NCBI RefSeq assembly: GCF_002113885.1 | Contig: NW_018404575.1 | Coordinates: 4,725 to 64,794 of the forward strand | Length of the DNA stretch: 60,070 nt | Direction: 5' to 3' | From: Mizuhopecten yessoensis | Taxonomy: Eukaryota | In this document: piece after piece, positions 23,701 through 37,750 of the stretch | Layout of the letters: each line of letters starts with the position of its first letter | Position numbering within the stretch: position 1 is the first letter of the stretch | Translations under genes and position numbers: made by a program | The notes under the pieces: model-generated | What the model was told of the DNA's origin: nothing | Databases searched by the model: none | The model's input: the letters and a program-made list of their open reading frames with translations, nothing else

Positions 23701-26700
23701 ACAAATGATTGTGTGTAGGTACATAATTCGTTAATTTAGTGCTTGTAAATATTATACTTTTCATTATTCATTTGATCTCTAGAAACTATAATGAACCCCT
23801 ATATTCAACACAAATAATTTAATCTCGCTTGTAACAAACCTTTTCATTAGCCTAAACAATTATGTTATCAGTCCATACCATAAAAATGATGTCGCCGTGT
23901 GTAACGTCGCTTTTGATTGGCTGATACAGCGGCGTAATAATTTCTAAGACAAAAGTGTCCATCAATAAAAGTTGATTTCCACAGGGATCGTGTATAGTAG
24001 ATTAAATTATAAGGATTACAACAAAAATCCGGAGTGCACTCTCATCATTATTTAGAGTATACTCCGTTTTTTTGTGTTATAGATCCATAACATAAGAAAT
24101 GTATTGAAGTTATTGCTTAAATAAATGGATTAAAAATCGAAAAATCGAGTCAAATTAATGTAAGCGCACCTCTTTGTTTACAATATGCGGGAGATATACG
24201 ATTGAAATTGACAAAATAAACCATAAAAAAACAGTACAATAAATTATACCCAAAATGAACAGCAACTCATGTATTTTACCCCTATTTATAAATACTTGAA
24301 ATAATATTAATAAGCATGCACTATATGCGACATTAGTTGTCTTGTATAGTTACATTACACATAGAGGTATTAGGAAGGGGATACCTGTCCGTTCAGGTTT
24401 CACAAATATCTGTAATTTATCAATAAACCACCTGATCAGATGACAATGTGCATAGCATGATCCAGCATTATCTGTTTTGTTCCTGATTTTCATCTGTCGG
24501 GTGATGTAGTTGTACTGTGAATAGCGAACAGGTGAAAATCGTACACTTTGCACGTTAAAATCTCGTTATTGGGCTGACCAATTTATGCGGTTTTCGACCG
24601 TTTTGATATTGGATCATATATAATTATATTATGTGTGTTTCTCTGTTTGTTCAGGGTAGACGTTAAAAAAGAAATATTACACACAGACCAACAAATAAAC
24701 ATAAAATAGATGTCAACGCTGTAAAATGTGTATGGTATTGTTTAGATAACAACACATGATTAAGATTTATTCTATTGGTGTGTTACATACAAGATAAATA
24801 GGTATATTTACTATTGATAAAATGGTTGCGAGGAAATAGAAAATGTGAAAATGACGCAGATACCTTTTTCTTCTGTACCTTTTATATACCAACATTTTCT
24901 ACACAACCTGAACGTTATAATGGTTGCGGTATGTGCTTTGTACCCATTTCATTATATAACTGTTAACAAGTTGTATGATTTAATCTTTCGTCCTCGAGAT
25001 AAATGTATTCAACATTTCTTGAAGGAAAGATGCAATGGCATGAAATATATATGTTCAATTGTTAAATACAGAAGAACATTTTAAAAATAACAGATATTGA
25101 TTAAATGCCTCTTATAATGCAAAACCAGAAAATGCCAAAAGAGAATTTGACGCATAATTTCATATATATATATTTTATTTGAGGACAAATCTTTGACAAA
25201 TAAAATCGAACTAATTGATAGGCAGATTAATTGATTCCCCTGCCCTTTCTTATCAATGCATCATCGATAAGGGTTATGTCCTCTATAAGTACTATTGCCT
25301 GACATACGTTATGGGAGTGTGAGGTTTGTCAGAAACCAAAACAATTCAGATTTTCTAGTAAAGCAATGACTCATGCATTACGGTTTCTTACAAAAAGGGA
25401 CAAAACTATTAGGTTGTTATTTTGATATTAAGTTTTAGATTAAAGTATTGCAGATAGTATTTAAAACATTTATGATCAAAAATATAATGGATTTTATGGA
25501 TTCAGGTTTTGAATAAAAGTAGGTTGCTTTTTGTTTTCCGTTTAGTTGCCAATATAGAGTTGCATCGATGATGTTGGTTATAATGCCTTGAGGAGTTTAT
25601 GATGAAAACACGGAACTTGTTCATTGTCATTCATATTTACGTTTATGTAACCACCACGCCTACTCTGAGTGTATGGTAGATACGCCGGAGATACTTAGTG
25701 TGGTGGCACTTGCAACGTTTCATTTTGTGTGTGCAAGCAAGGTAAAATTACAGTGGGATATTATAATATGTTTGAACCTATTCATCACAGGATTGATTAA
25801 AAATAGAAAAAACAAAACTCACAAAAAAACAGTAACACCGACACAGTTGCGTATTTGTATTTTGTTTTTGTGGTACCCTATACAACACACATATCAATCA
25901 CAAGTGTCGATAACGACCTTCAAACATACTAACATATCTAAGATGTCCCAAATAAGCAACCAACAATGTTTTCGAAACGTTCACTAGACAGTTGTTGTGC
26001 TTTTACCCACTGTTGCTCGATAACTGACAAATACTGATAACATCACTAGATAAATGGCAAGAGACGCGTGTAACAAATATTGTACCTCGTTAACGTGTTA
26101 TCGTATGTTTATGGAACATAATAGTCATGACGTATTGGTAAAATATTTTTCTCAACATTAAATTAATCTGATCTCAACACAAAAGTGAATCTTTGGCGTT
26201 ATAATCATCAATTCATCAGTAATATACAGAACAGTTTGTATAAAAAAACCAATCGATATTGCCTATACAGGTATATAGAACAGAAAGTGTATGAACTGAA
26301 TCTGACAACAGCGATGCTGCATAACACTTGGCATCCCTATTGCAGTGTTTGTATCCGTATTAAAAGCAAATGTGTATGGTGTTTTGGTAGAGGAACCTGA
26401 TTATTTGTTTCCCTAATATTAAGCCTATCTTACAGAGTCAATGGGTAGTAGGTACTAAGCTATTATCATATCCTGCCTTGTCTCTACATTTTCTAGTACT
26501 TGTTATCCATATTTTCGACCTTAATTTAAGTATCTCTGTTTTTATATTGACAAAATGCAGTAAAAGGCTATCATTCCAAGGTCCTTACCAATGCTAATGT
26601 AAACTTAAGTAAGACTCTATATCTCAATAAAGTAGTATACCTCAACAGGTGTAATCGATGTATGCCCAATGTCATATTTGTTCATCAAGGTGAAATTAGC

Positions 26701-27475
26701 ATACCCATATATAAAACATATATATAAGCACAACTGTCTTTATGAAACATTCGCTGTTATCACGCATTTCCCGATACAAAGTGCTCTAGGTACATCGCAA
26801 AATCAAAGTTCATGACATATAATTCTTCATATTGGCATAAATTTGCCTGTCGGATAAACGAAAGAACCTGTTGATACCTATCTCTCAGTGAAATATTATA
26901 CAGGTATAATCAATGTTCGCTCATTGTCATATTTTCCCTTCACAGTGAAATCATCCATTCACGTATATAGCATATTCTGCACAATTGCCTGTATAAATAT
27001 TTCACAATATGTACACCAAAAGGTCAGAAGTAACGACAACTCAGTCTGTATATAGTTACATGCATTATATTTGCATGACTAATAAACGCAATACCATTTT
27101 GTTACCGACTTGGTTTCTTCTTGTTATCCTTATGAACTGAGTGTATTGCTACGTTAACTGCCCTTTTTTCTATAAGTAACACAGCTCAAATCGATTGGCA
27201 TTTTTTTCTACACCGTACGTAATTACCATCAATACAATCCACCAATTTCATATTTGACCTATGGATACAACAAAAACAATGCAATTTTAATGTTTTGTAA
27301 TTGTATTAAGCTAAAGGTTTTAGACAATCACATCAAAGCATTGCTGATACTTTGAGAAACTGATTCCTTTGGTGTTAACACGAGCTCTTTAATCTCTAAT
27401 TTACTGTTTATTATATCGCTAATTTATTGCATTCCTTTCAAGTGTACAGCACAATTTGTTTTATTTATATTTTAT

Positions 27476-29422
27476 TTAGCACAGCTGAAAGAAACGAATA
27501 TAGTTCTTCTCGTCTGTAGTACTATCATTAGTTATCACAAATGTGTCGCCACAAACAGCTATTGCCCATGGAGAGTTAATTCCATCTGATCAAGTCAGAA
27601 GTTCCCTGACGTGTGTACCGTCCGCAGACATCTGCACGATGTTGTGTGATCCCCCACCACATAGTATGTGTTACCTTTCCTGTCGATGTCTATTCCCCTA
27701 GGATCCCTCACGACACCGACCTTCATCACATCCGTGTGACATGTATCTGCCGACAGTCTAGACACCGCGACTTCCCCCGTGGTGGTGTTCCTGACACTTA
27801 CGAGTGTGTCACCCTTTATTGGATCATGTGTTAAAGACCAACAGTAGTTATTATATTTGTATAACAACTCGGATGCTCCGTTCTGGGTCACACTGTGTAC
27901 TGGTCCTCGACCTGTACCCAAGACAAACTTCCCGTCTGTATGTGTTATACCATAACAGTTTTTACCATTTGACATGCTAATATCAGATGCCAGGGAGAGT
28001 TTTGAGTCCTCGACCTTTACGACACGTATACCGCCAGGACTGTTGATTTCGACCGTCACTGTTTTGTCGTCCACCAAACACATATCCCAGGGATTCTCCC
28101 GCACCGTGAACTCATCCAGGTACTGTCCTTTGTCTGTAAACAATTTCAGCCTTTTTGTTGCTGTAATCACTTAGAACTATATGTGCACATGGCAGGTACA
28201 CAACTCCAACAGCTGAGCAATCATATCGATCTGAGGGTAGCTTGATGTTGAACTTTCTGATTTCTGTTACGTGTCGTTCTGACATTGGGGTAGCTAAATT
28301 GATATGGCCCCCAGGGATACATCGTGGTGTTTTCTCGAAGACAATCTGTCCCATCGCGTTATCGCTAATAATATCATGTCCGGGAACAATTTGATGATCG
28401 ATGCTGACGGATGTGAAGGACTTGTTATCTCCGTGACAAGTGTCTTACACGACTCCACTTCTGTCTGTCCTCTCTGATACAACACTATCGTCTCAATGTT
28501 GTCGTTTTCCTCTACGGCTTAAATGGACGACTTCAGGGTATTAAGCATACCATTCATCAGACGTTCACACTGCAGTAATGATGCTTCCATTTCTCCTTTC
28601 TCTTCTTTGAACACGATAATCAACTCGTCGGTGATGTCTTTCTGAAGCTTGTCTAGTCGTGTATCGACCTTTTTACGCAGGTCGGAGATACTCTGCAGTG
28701 CGATTTCTATATTTTTTATCATGGTTTGGAGTTGTTCATCCATTCATTCACAAGTGAGTTCATATTCTCTGTTCCTTTCTTCAACGCCTGCATGTCTTGT
28801 AGTTGCGATCCTGCTTTTATTTTCTGAAAGTATTCCGTCATTTTTTTTACTTTCTCCGCAATTCCTTTGGTCTTCGACCATGCATTCGTTACAGCACAGA
28901 CGTTGGCGATCCTCACAATACCGAACCCTTTTCTCGTCGTGTGTGTGGTCGTTTCCTATGGCTTCTGGTGACATTCATTATATCACAGTCATTATGTATG
29001 ATATCATGAAGTGTTACCTTACAAGTGTTGCAAAAAATATCGTTCATTGTCTTGCACCAGAAACTGGCTAGGTTGTTTGAGTTACCTTTTGTCTGGCAGG
29101 GTTTGCAATACAATGGTTCAGACGAACTTTTCTTTAGCTGGATAAGGTCCTTTGTCACCGAAATAGTCAGAAATTGTTCTGCCCATTTGTCCTTGGTTTC
29201 GGCCTGATTGACCGAAGGGGTCATCCTCCTACAAACTGGACAAGTGAATGATGTTGACGACGCCATCTTCCCTGATAGTTATTTGGTGATAAAGGTCCCT
29301 AGGCAATCCTGACAGAAGGAGTGGAGACAGGGTAAGGACTTGGGTTGTTGAAGACGCTCCAGGCAGATTGGACACTCTAGTAAGTGTAAGTCCAGTTCCG
29401 GAGGTAGACCACCTTCAGCCAT
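27476..29422 (-). pseudogene. TRIM copy 3, multiply disrupted pseudogene
   Basis: MAEGGLPPELDLHLLECPIC start; TAA at codon 48 (29279-29281); several frameshifts split homology across ORFs 28913-29266, 28744-28974, 28519-28743, 28112-28354 and 27595-28170; ends FQLC-stop. The 5'-UTR donor reads CT instead of GT (30380). Confidence 0.92.
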
Positions 29423-32400
29423 TGTAAGGGTAAGAAAGAGTCAACACAAACCTGAAATAGAAAATGACTGTGATTATAAATAAATACCAATAAGACAGAC
29501 AGCTATAGAGAAACAGAGGCCAGTTTATAGCACATGGAATATTATATACACGATTATCTAATAAATACAGATGCAATTTAATCAGTATGAAATTTAGTAT
29601 TTTTTCCTGTTTTTTTCTCATAGTTAATTCCGATATAAAACAATCTGTCTTTAGGCGGCACGGTGTCTAAAATGATATATGGTACGTAATGGTTATCGTA
29701 CAAATGGTATCATTTGAAGGTTTTGACAAATGATTTAAGTTTTGCCATTTAGGAAGCTTCATCACATAGTGGTGTTTTCCGTATGTCCGATATACAGCAC
29801 ATTTTACATTTTGTGTAGTGTGTAATTCATTTAGCGGTATTGTTTATATTTCATACTGATGATCAATAGTATTATCGTGTTTGAGTATTTATGTCTATGT
29901 ATATGCATAAACTTTCAATTTCATGAAACAGTGATAACATCATTTAATCAAAGACATACATTTGTTATCTTACACATAAGTATGTGACTAATCACCTCAG
30001 ATTTAAACAAATAGTTTAAGAACTTTGTCCTGCACAAACCCTAGGTGTTCATAAGACATTGAACCCTGAATAACCAATCACTTTTGAGAACCAATACTAT
30101 GCTAGTATTGAAGTCCATTTGACGTAGCAGAGGAGTTATCTCTTATCTTTTTTTGTCGCGAACAAACTGTATACATGGATGCACTCCTATATGCGTACGT
30201 ATTAAAATGTAACGATGTTTACTAGCCATTAGCTATCAATACAAACAGTACATGTATCAGCAAAAGTGTGCCAGCCTTGCAGTACAGGTAAAACTGTATT
30301 GTACACAGATTATCATAGATTGTTTGTAAAATAAACATCACATGATAGGGTACACTATCACAGTTGTCCATTACACTCAGCCAGGGAACAACTATTTACA
30401 CGGAAGACACAAACGCCTCTCCCAACAGCAACCGGATATATGGTCACACCTCGAATCTGTCTCTCCCCTAACGCGGGTTACATGTCTAATCCGTAATTGA
30501 TCTATATTTAGATCATGCCTATAAATACTATAACATGTTTCAACCGGATGTGTGCTCTGGAACATTCTATAATCTTGAGCAAAATAAAAAAAAACTAGAA
30601 CACGATAAATATATGTGTTTAATATTCAAAAACTAGACGCTAGTGTTGTTCTGGAGCCTTCTTCAAAAAGGATGGGGGATGAACCGGCAATATACTTAAT
30701 TGTATGCGACCTGTTCGGACTTGTCCTTTTATGTTAAAACGCTATATATGTCCGCCATATTTGTGTTACCGATATCTCATTTCTCTTATTGTATGATCAA
30801 TATTTGGACATCAATTCACCACTAAGTGAAGACATTTTATAATTTAGATATATTCTGATCATAATAACACCATGCCCTATGGCCTAATATCATCGTATAT
30901 CCAAACAAAATCGTGTATGTGTATCTCAACTGTATGCACACCTACACTACAAAGCAATAAATATCTGTGTTTTCTCAACCGGTAAGACACTTTGTATACA
31001 TACTTCGTTTTTAGTAACCATGGATCTTAAATTATGTCGGCGTTTTGCTTGTAAACGCTTCAGTGATATAACTATGCATTAGTGGGAAAATATCGCGATG
31101 CCCGATTGTGAGTTTAATACAATTGTTGTTCTATTTTCTGACGTTCTTATGCTAATTAGTCCAATTGTAATTACCTAAATTGTGAATATTTACATGCTAA
31201 AAATAGCACACCCGCCGATTCACATCATGCGTAACGTAGCTTGTAGCACCCACTACACCCGCTGTTACCTGAGGAAATCTATATTTTTATCATGTCATAT
31301 GATAGTGTCGATATAATCAAGCACTACTCTAAATATAATCCAGTAAAGCGATGTCTTAAGGTAAATGACAAATTGACTTTGCAATATTTATTTCATTTTT
31401 TATAATTGTTAATAGGGTGTATATCTCAATTGTTATGGTAACTTTACCAGGATTGTTATAATTATTTTATATTTAACAAGTGTTGTATCATTAGATGAAG
31501 AAAAAGAAAGAAAACAAATCAATGATTACTCATTTTCTCTATTTGTGTATATCTGTTATTCTTCGCGATATAAAGTTTACATGCATCAATATGAGACTGT
31601 CAAGACAAATCCAATTACCGTTTGGACGTAATTGCTAAATGTTTGTTCCTGGTGCCTGTGGCACACAATTCACTTTAATATTAGACATGTTAAACTGATA
31701 GTCTAAAGACATGTCGTCAGAGACTAACATTTCATGCTCAGGGTTCATTTGTATCCACTTCTAATTGATAATTGACATGCATCTATTTCATTACTAGATA
31801 ATTGACAGCTAGTCATTGTAAAAAAATACGTTTATTTCCAGTTGTTTAAGTGTCTGTATATTCAATAAATCAGATTAATATTGTAATATAATTATTGAAT
31901 ATAAGGAAAAGGGTGACAATTTAGAATAACAGCGACATTTTGTCTAGGTTCTTTAATTTTAAATTGAAACTGATGATTCCTGGCATATCTATGAAGACAT
32001 ACATTGTACTACATTGGTTGGATTATTTTCAGCGTATGTATCTTTGAGCATTGCTTGTTTTCTATCATAAGGATGAACAAAAAAATATTGTCAAATTTAA
32101 CTAACACGCAAAGTGTTCACTGTATACTATTTAAACTAGTTATATATACGAAAATAATTGTCTTCGTCTTTACCTGTAAAGTTTGTGATAACCACCACAT
32201 CACCCCTATCTCATATTTAAAGAAAACGAATGCAATTTAAACATTTGTTAATTCAATCTGTTTTGTTGTAAAACTATAGGTTTACTACAGTCACACTAAC
32301 ACATTGCTGATAGGTAAAGACACTGATTCCTCCAGCGTTTACACCAGCACTTACATGTTTGAAGTAAAGTTTGTATAGATGTATGCACGGTGTTTATTCT

Positions 32401-32464
32401 ATCGTCAAGATATAAGCATACATTTCAAGTGTCCAGCACACATCTACTTTTCTTTGTATTTCAT

Positions 32465-34444
32465 TTAGCACAGTTGAAAGACACGGATATAGTTGCTCTC
32501 GTTTGTAGTACTGTTATTAGTGACCACAAATGTATTACCACGAACAGCTATTGCACATGGCTTGACCATTCCATCTGATGACGTCAGCAGTTCCCTGACG
32601 TGTGTCCCGTCCATAGAGATCTGAACGACGTTGTGGGAATCAAACCCACACACGTAGATGTTACCCTCCATGTCCACGTCTATTCCCATAGCTCCCTTCA
32701 CGACTCCAACATTTAACACATCCGTACGACGTTTGTCAGCCGACAGTCTAGATACCGTGACGTCTCCCTGTGTGATGTTATTGACACTGACAAGTGTGTC
32801 TCTTCTTTTGATATCATGAGTGAGGGACCGGCATGTGTTGCTATATTTGTATACCAACCCGGCTGCTCCGTCCTGTCTCAAACTGTATACTTCTCCTCCA
32901 CCCGTACCAACGACCAACTTCCCGTCTATATGTGCTATACCATAACAGTTTTTATCATTTAACACCTTGATTGTAGATGTCAGGGAGAGTTTTGAGGCCT
33001 TGACCTTTATGAGGTTAACACATCCAGGACTGCTGAGAGCAACCGCTACCGTGTTGTTGTTTACCAGACACATATCCCAGGGATTTCCCCGAACATTCAA
33101 CTCGTCCAGGTACTGTCCTTTGTCTGTAAATAACTTCAACTTTTTGTTGTAGAAATCACTTACTATTATCTGTGCACTCGGTACATACACAACACCACGG
33201 ACATAGCTATTCTGTTTATCTGACAGGGACTTGATGCTAAATTTTCCGATTTCTTTCACACGTCGTTCTGACATTGAATTTACTAAATCGCTATGGCTCT
33301 CAGGGATGCATCGTGGTTGTTTCCCGACGACGATCTTTCCCATCGCGTTACCACTAATGATATCATGTCTGGGAACAATTTGATGCTCGATGCTGACGGA
33401 TGTGAATGATTTACTCAACTCAGTGACCAGGGTCCTACACGACTCCACTTCTGCCTGTCCTCTCTGATACAACACTATCATCTCAACGTTGTCGTTTTCA
33501 TCTACGGCTTTAATGGACGATTTCAGGGTATTTTTCATTCCGTTCATCAGACGTTCGCACTGCCGTGATGATGCCTCCATGTCTCTTTTCTCATCTTTGA
33601 ACAAGGTAATTAACTCGTCGGTGATGTCTTTCTGAAGCTTGTCTAGTCGTATGTCGACCTTTTGACGCAGGTCGGAGATGCTCTGCAGTGCGATTTCCTG
33701 TTTCTGTATCATGGTTTGGAGCTGTTCATCAAAGTCCTTCACTAATGAGCTCATACTCTCTGTTCCTTTCTTCAACGCCGCCTTCATGTCTTCTAGCTGC
33801 GATCCTGCTTTTACCTTCTGACAATATTCCGTCACCTTTGGTACTTTTACACAACTCCAATGGTCTTCGATCACGCATTCGTTGCAGCACAGAATTTGGT
33901 GATCCTCACAATACCGAACCATTTGTTCGCCGTGTTGATAACACCGAGGGGCAGACGTTTCTTTTTTTTGTCGTTTGCTGTGGTTTCCGGTGACATTAAG
34001 TATATCACAATCATTATGTATGATATCGTGAAGGTGAACCTTACAAGTGTCACAAAAGTTCTCGTCCATCGTCTTGCACCAAAAACTGGCTGGGTTGTTC
34101 ATGTTACCTTTTGTCTGGCAGGGTTTGCAGTACAATGGTTCAGACGAACGTTCCTTTAGCTGGATAAGTTCGTTTATCACAGTATTAGTCGGAAAATGTT
34201 TTGCCCATTTATCCTTGGTTTCTGTCTGATTAACCGGATGGGTTATCCTCCTACAAACTGGACAAGAAAATGATGTTGCCGACGCCATCTGCCCGGACAT
34301 CTCCTTGGTGATACAAGTTCCTAGACAATCCTGACAGAAGGAGTGAAGGCAGGGTAAGGACTTGGGTTGTTGAAGTCGCTCTAGGCAGATTGGACATTCC
34401 AGTAAGTGTAAGTCCAGTTCCGGAGGGAGACCGCCTTCAGCCAT
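32465..34444 (-). CDS. TRIM E3 ubiquitin ligase copy 4, 659 aa, intact
   Basis: Same domain motifs as copy 1; uninterrupted ORF. Confidence 0.93.
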   Translation of the reverse strand: MAEGGLPPELDLHLLECPICLERLQQPKSLPCLHSFCQDCLGTCITKEMSGQMASATSFSCPVCRRITHPVNQTETKDKWAKHFPTNTVINELIQLKERSSEPLYCKPCQTKGNMNNPASFWCKTMDENFCDTCKVHLHDIIHNDCDILNVTGNHSKRQKKETSAPRCYQHGEQMVRYCEDHQILCCNECVIEDHWSCVKVPKVTEYCQKVKAGSQLEDMKAALKKGTESMSSLVKDFDEQLQTMIQKQEIALQSISDLRQKVDIRLDKLQKDITDELITLFKDEKRDMEASSRQCERLMNGMKNTLKSSIKAVDENDNVEMIVLYQRGQAEVESCRTLVTELSKSFTSVSIEHQIVPRHDIISGNAMGKIVVGKQPRCIPESHSDLVNSMSERRVKEIGKFSIKSLSDKQNSYVRGVVYVPSAQIIVSDFYNKKLKLFTDKGQYLDELNVRGNPWDMCLVNNNTVAVALSSPGCVNLIKVKASKLSLTSTIKVLNDKNCYGIAHIDGKLVVGTGGGEVYSLRQDGAAGLVYKYSNTCRSLTHDIKRRDTLVSVNNITQGDVTVSRLSADKRRTDVLNVGVVKGAMGIDVDMEGNIYVCGFDSHNVVQISMDGTHVRELLTSSDGMVKPCAIAVRGNTFVVTNNSTTNESNYIRVFQLC

Positions 34445-37400
34445 TGTACGGGTCAGAATGAGTCAACACAGACCTGAAATATAAAATGGCAGTAGTTATA
34501 ATTTAATACCAATAAGAAAGACAGCTACAGAAGCCGATAAGTAACACGTGGACTATTATTTACGTGATTATGTAATAAATACCGATGCAATTTAGTCATC
34601 ATTAATATTGTCCAAGTAATTTAATTTAGGTTAAGTTATGTTTCCCTCTTTCATCTCATAGTTAATTCTGATTTTAAAAAACTATCTATGGAAGACATTG
34701 TGTCTAATATGATATATGGTGCGCAAAGGCTAGCGTTTCTATAGTACAAGTGGTACCATTTGTTTTAGTTTTTGAAAGCTTCCAGTCGGTTTTTGATAAA
34801 TAATTGTAATGTTGAATACATTAGTCTGTATTATAATCACCTCAAATTTAAACAAATATGTTGAAACCTATGTCCTGAAATGACCTTAAGTGTTGATAGG
34901 ACATTTTACCCTGAACAACCAACCATTGTTGAGAACTGATACTATACTAGGGTTGAAGTCCTTAAACGTAGCAGGGGAGGTAACTCTTATTTATTCATGT
35001 CGCCAAAATACTGCATACATGGATGCACATGAGAGCTTTCGTTTGATACGCATATAATAATATGCGTACGTTCCTACATTCGTACGTTCTTACATGTAAC
35101 GATATTTACTAGCTATTTGCTAACAGTACAAACAATATATGCTAAAAAATAATTAATAAGTGTCGGTATGTATATGTCTAACACAGCAAAAGTGTGTCTG
35201 CATTGTAGTACAGGTAAAATTGTATTATACACAGATAACATAGATTGTTTGTAAAATAAACACCACAGGCTAGGGTACAATATCACATTTGTCCATTACA
35301 CTCACCCAGTGAACAATTATTTACACGGAAGACACAAACTCCTCTCCCAACAGCAACCGTGTTTTTTGTCACACCTCGAATCCGTCTCTCACCTAACGTG
35401 GGGTACATGTCTTATCCGTAATTCATCTATTTTTAAATCATGCCTATAAATACTAAAACAGGTTTCAACCGGATGTGTTGCTCAGGAACATTCAATAATC
35501 TTGAGCAAAATAAGAAAAAGTAGAAGACGATAGATATATGTATTTCATATCCATAGACCAGTTCCTACTTGATTACAATGGCCCAGCAAGTCGAGACATG
35601 TTCAGGCGTGTGTTGGGCATTATCGTCAGCCATATTGAAAACCTATCTATTACGCATGTACTCAATCTATGTCTGTGCATAAAATTAATGATACAAAACA
35701 TGTATTATATCAAATAAAGGTTACCTTGTTCAAGCAAAATGTCTGCGGAATTAATCCATGACACATGTAGTTTTAAACCCACTAAATTTACCATAGAACA
35801 TGTATATAATCTATTATAGGTCATGACAGTATATTTACACATGTGTGCATACGGTACTGTATGCACACACCAGTAAAGACCTACCAGCCCCTTCAGCTTG
35901 AACAGTTACATAATTAGACGCCAGTGTTGTTTTGGAACTTTCTTTAAAAACAATGGGGTGAGGGGGGAGACGAAAAGACAATAAACTTAATTGTATGCGA
36001 CCTGTCTGGACTTGTCCTTTCATGTTCAAACATTATGTATGTCCGACATAATTGTGTTATCGATATCTCATTATTCTTACTGTATGATCCATATTTGATA
36101 TCAATTCACCACTAAGTGAAGAAATATTATAATTTAAATATTCTTATCATAATAGCACCATGCCCTATGGTCTAAAATCGTATATGTGTATCTCAATTGT
36201 ATGCACACCTACACTACGAAGCAATAAATACCTGTGTGCTTTCAACCGGTAAGACACTGTGTATACATGCTTCGTTTTTATTAGCCATGTATCATAAATT
36301 CTGTCGGAGTTTTGCTTGTAATTGCATCAGTGATATCACTATGCATTTGTGTGAAAATGTTATGATGCCCGATTGTAAGTTTGATACAATGGTTGTTCTA
36401 TTTTCTTGAGTTCTTGTGATAATTAGTGCTCTTGTAATAAACTAAAATATGAATTTTGACATGCTAAAAATAACACCAACGCCAATTCACAGCATGCGTA
36501 ACATATCCCCTAGCACCCAGGACACCCGCTGTCACCTTGTATCATTGTGAAATTACTGTATTTTTATCAGGTCATCTGATAGTGTATATCTAATCAAGCA
36601 CTACTCTAAATATAATTCAGTAATGCGATGCTCTTTAGGTAAATGATCAGTTGATTTGCAATATTTGTTTATTTTTCATAATTGTCATTAGGGTGCATAT
36701 TTCAATTATTATGGTAACTTTATCGGGATTGTTATAATTGTTTTATATTTAACAAGTGTTGTATCATGAGATGAAGAAAAAGAAATAAAACAAATCAATG
36801 ATTACTCCTTTTCTGTGATTGTGTATATCTGCTATTCTTCACGAAATAAAGATAACATGAATCAATATGGGATTGTAAAAAGTCAAATAAAAATGAGCCG
36901 TCTGGCCGTAATTGCTGACTGTTTGTTCCTGGTGCCTGTGGTACATAATTCACATTGATATTAGACATGTAAAACTGATAGTCTAAAGACATGTCGTCAG
37001 AGACTAACATTTAATGTTCAGGGTTCATTCCTATCCACTACTTATTGACAATTGACATATATCGATTACATCACTAGATAATTGACAGTTAGTAATTGCA
37101 AAAAATACGTTAATTCCCATTTGTTTAGGTGTTTGTATAGTTTATAGATCAGATGAATATTGTTACATAATTATTGAATATGATAAAAAGATGACACTCT
37201 AGAATAATAGCGACAGTGTGTATATGTTCTTTTATTTTAGTTGAAACTGATGATTCCTAGCGTATCTGTGAAGACATACTACATTGGTTAGATTATTTTC
37301 AGTGTATGCATCTTAGAGCATTTTTTTTTTTTTTTTTTTCGATCATAAGGATAAACAAAAAGTGTGAAAATTGACTAACAAACCAAGTGTTCACTGTATA

Positions 37401-37750
37401 CCATTTACACGAGTTATACATACGGATTTACTTGTCTTCGTCTCTACCTGTATAGTTCGTGACAACCAGCACATCACACCTATCTCATATTTATGATATG
37501 GATACAAGAAAACGAATGTAATTTAAACATTTGGTTATTTAATGTGTTTCGTTGTAAAGCTATAGATTTACTACACTCACACTAAAACATTGCTGATAGG
37601 TAGAGAAACTGATTCCTCCAGCGTTTATACCAGCACTTATATGTTTAAAGTAAAGTTTGTATAGATATATGCACGGTGTTTATTCTATCGTCAAGATATA
37701 AGCATACATTTCAAGTGTCCAGCACACATCTACTTTTCTTTGTATTTCAT

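Noticed and set aside
23390-24125. Possible non-autonomous Crypton-like repeats
   Set aside because: Only vague motif resemblance; boundaries and family cannot be supported without a repeat-library search.
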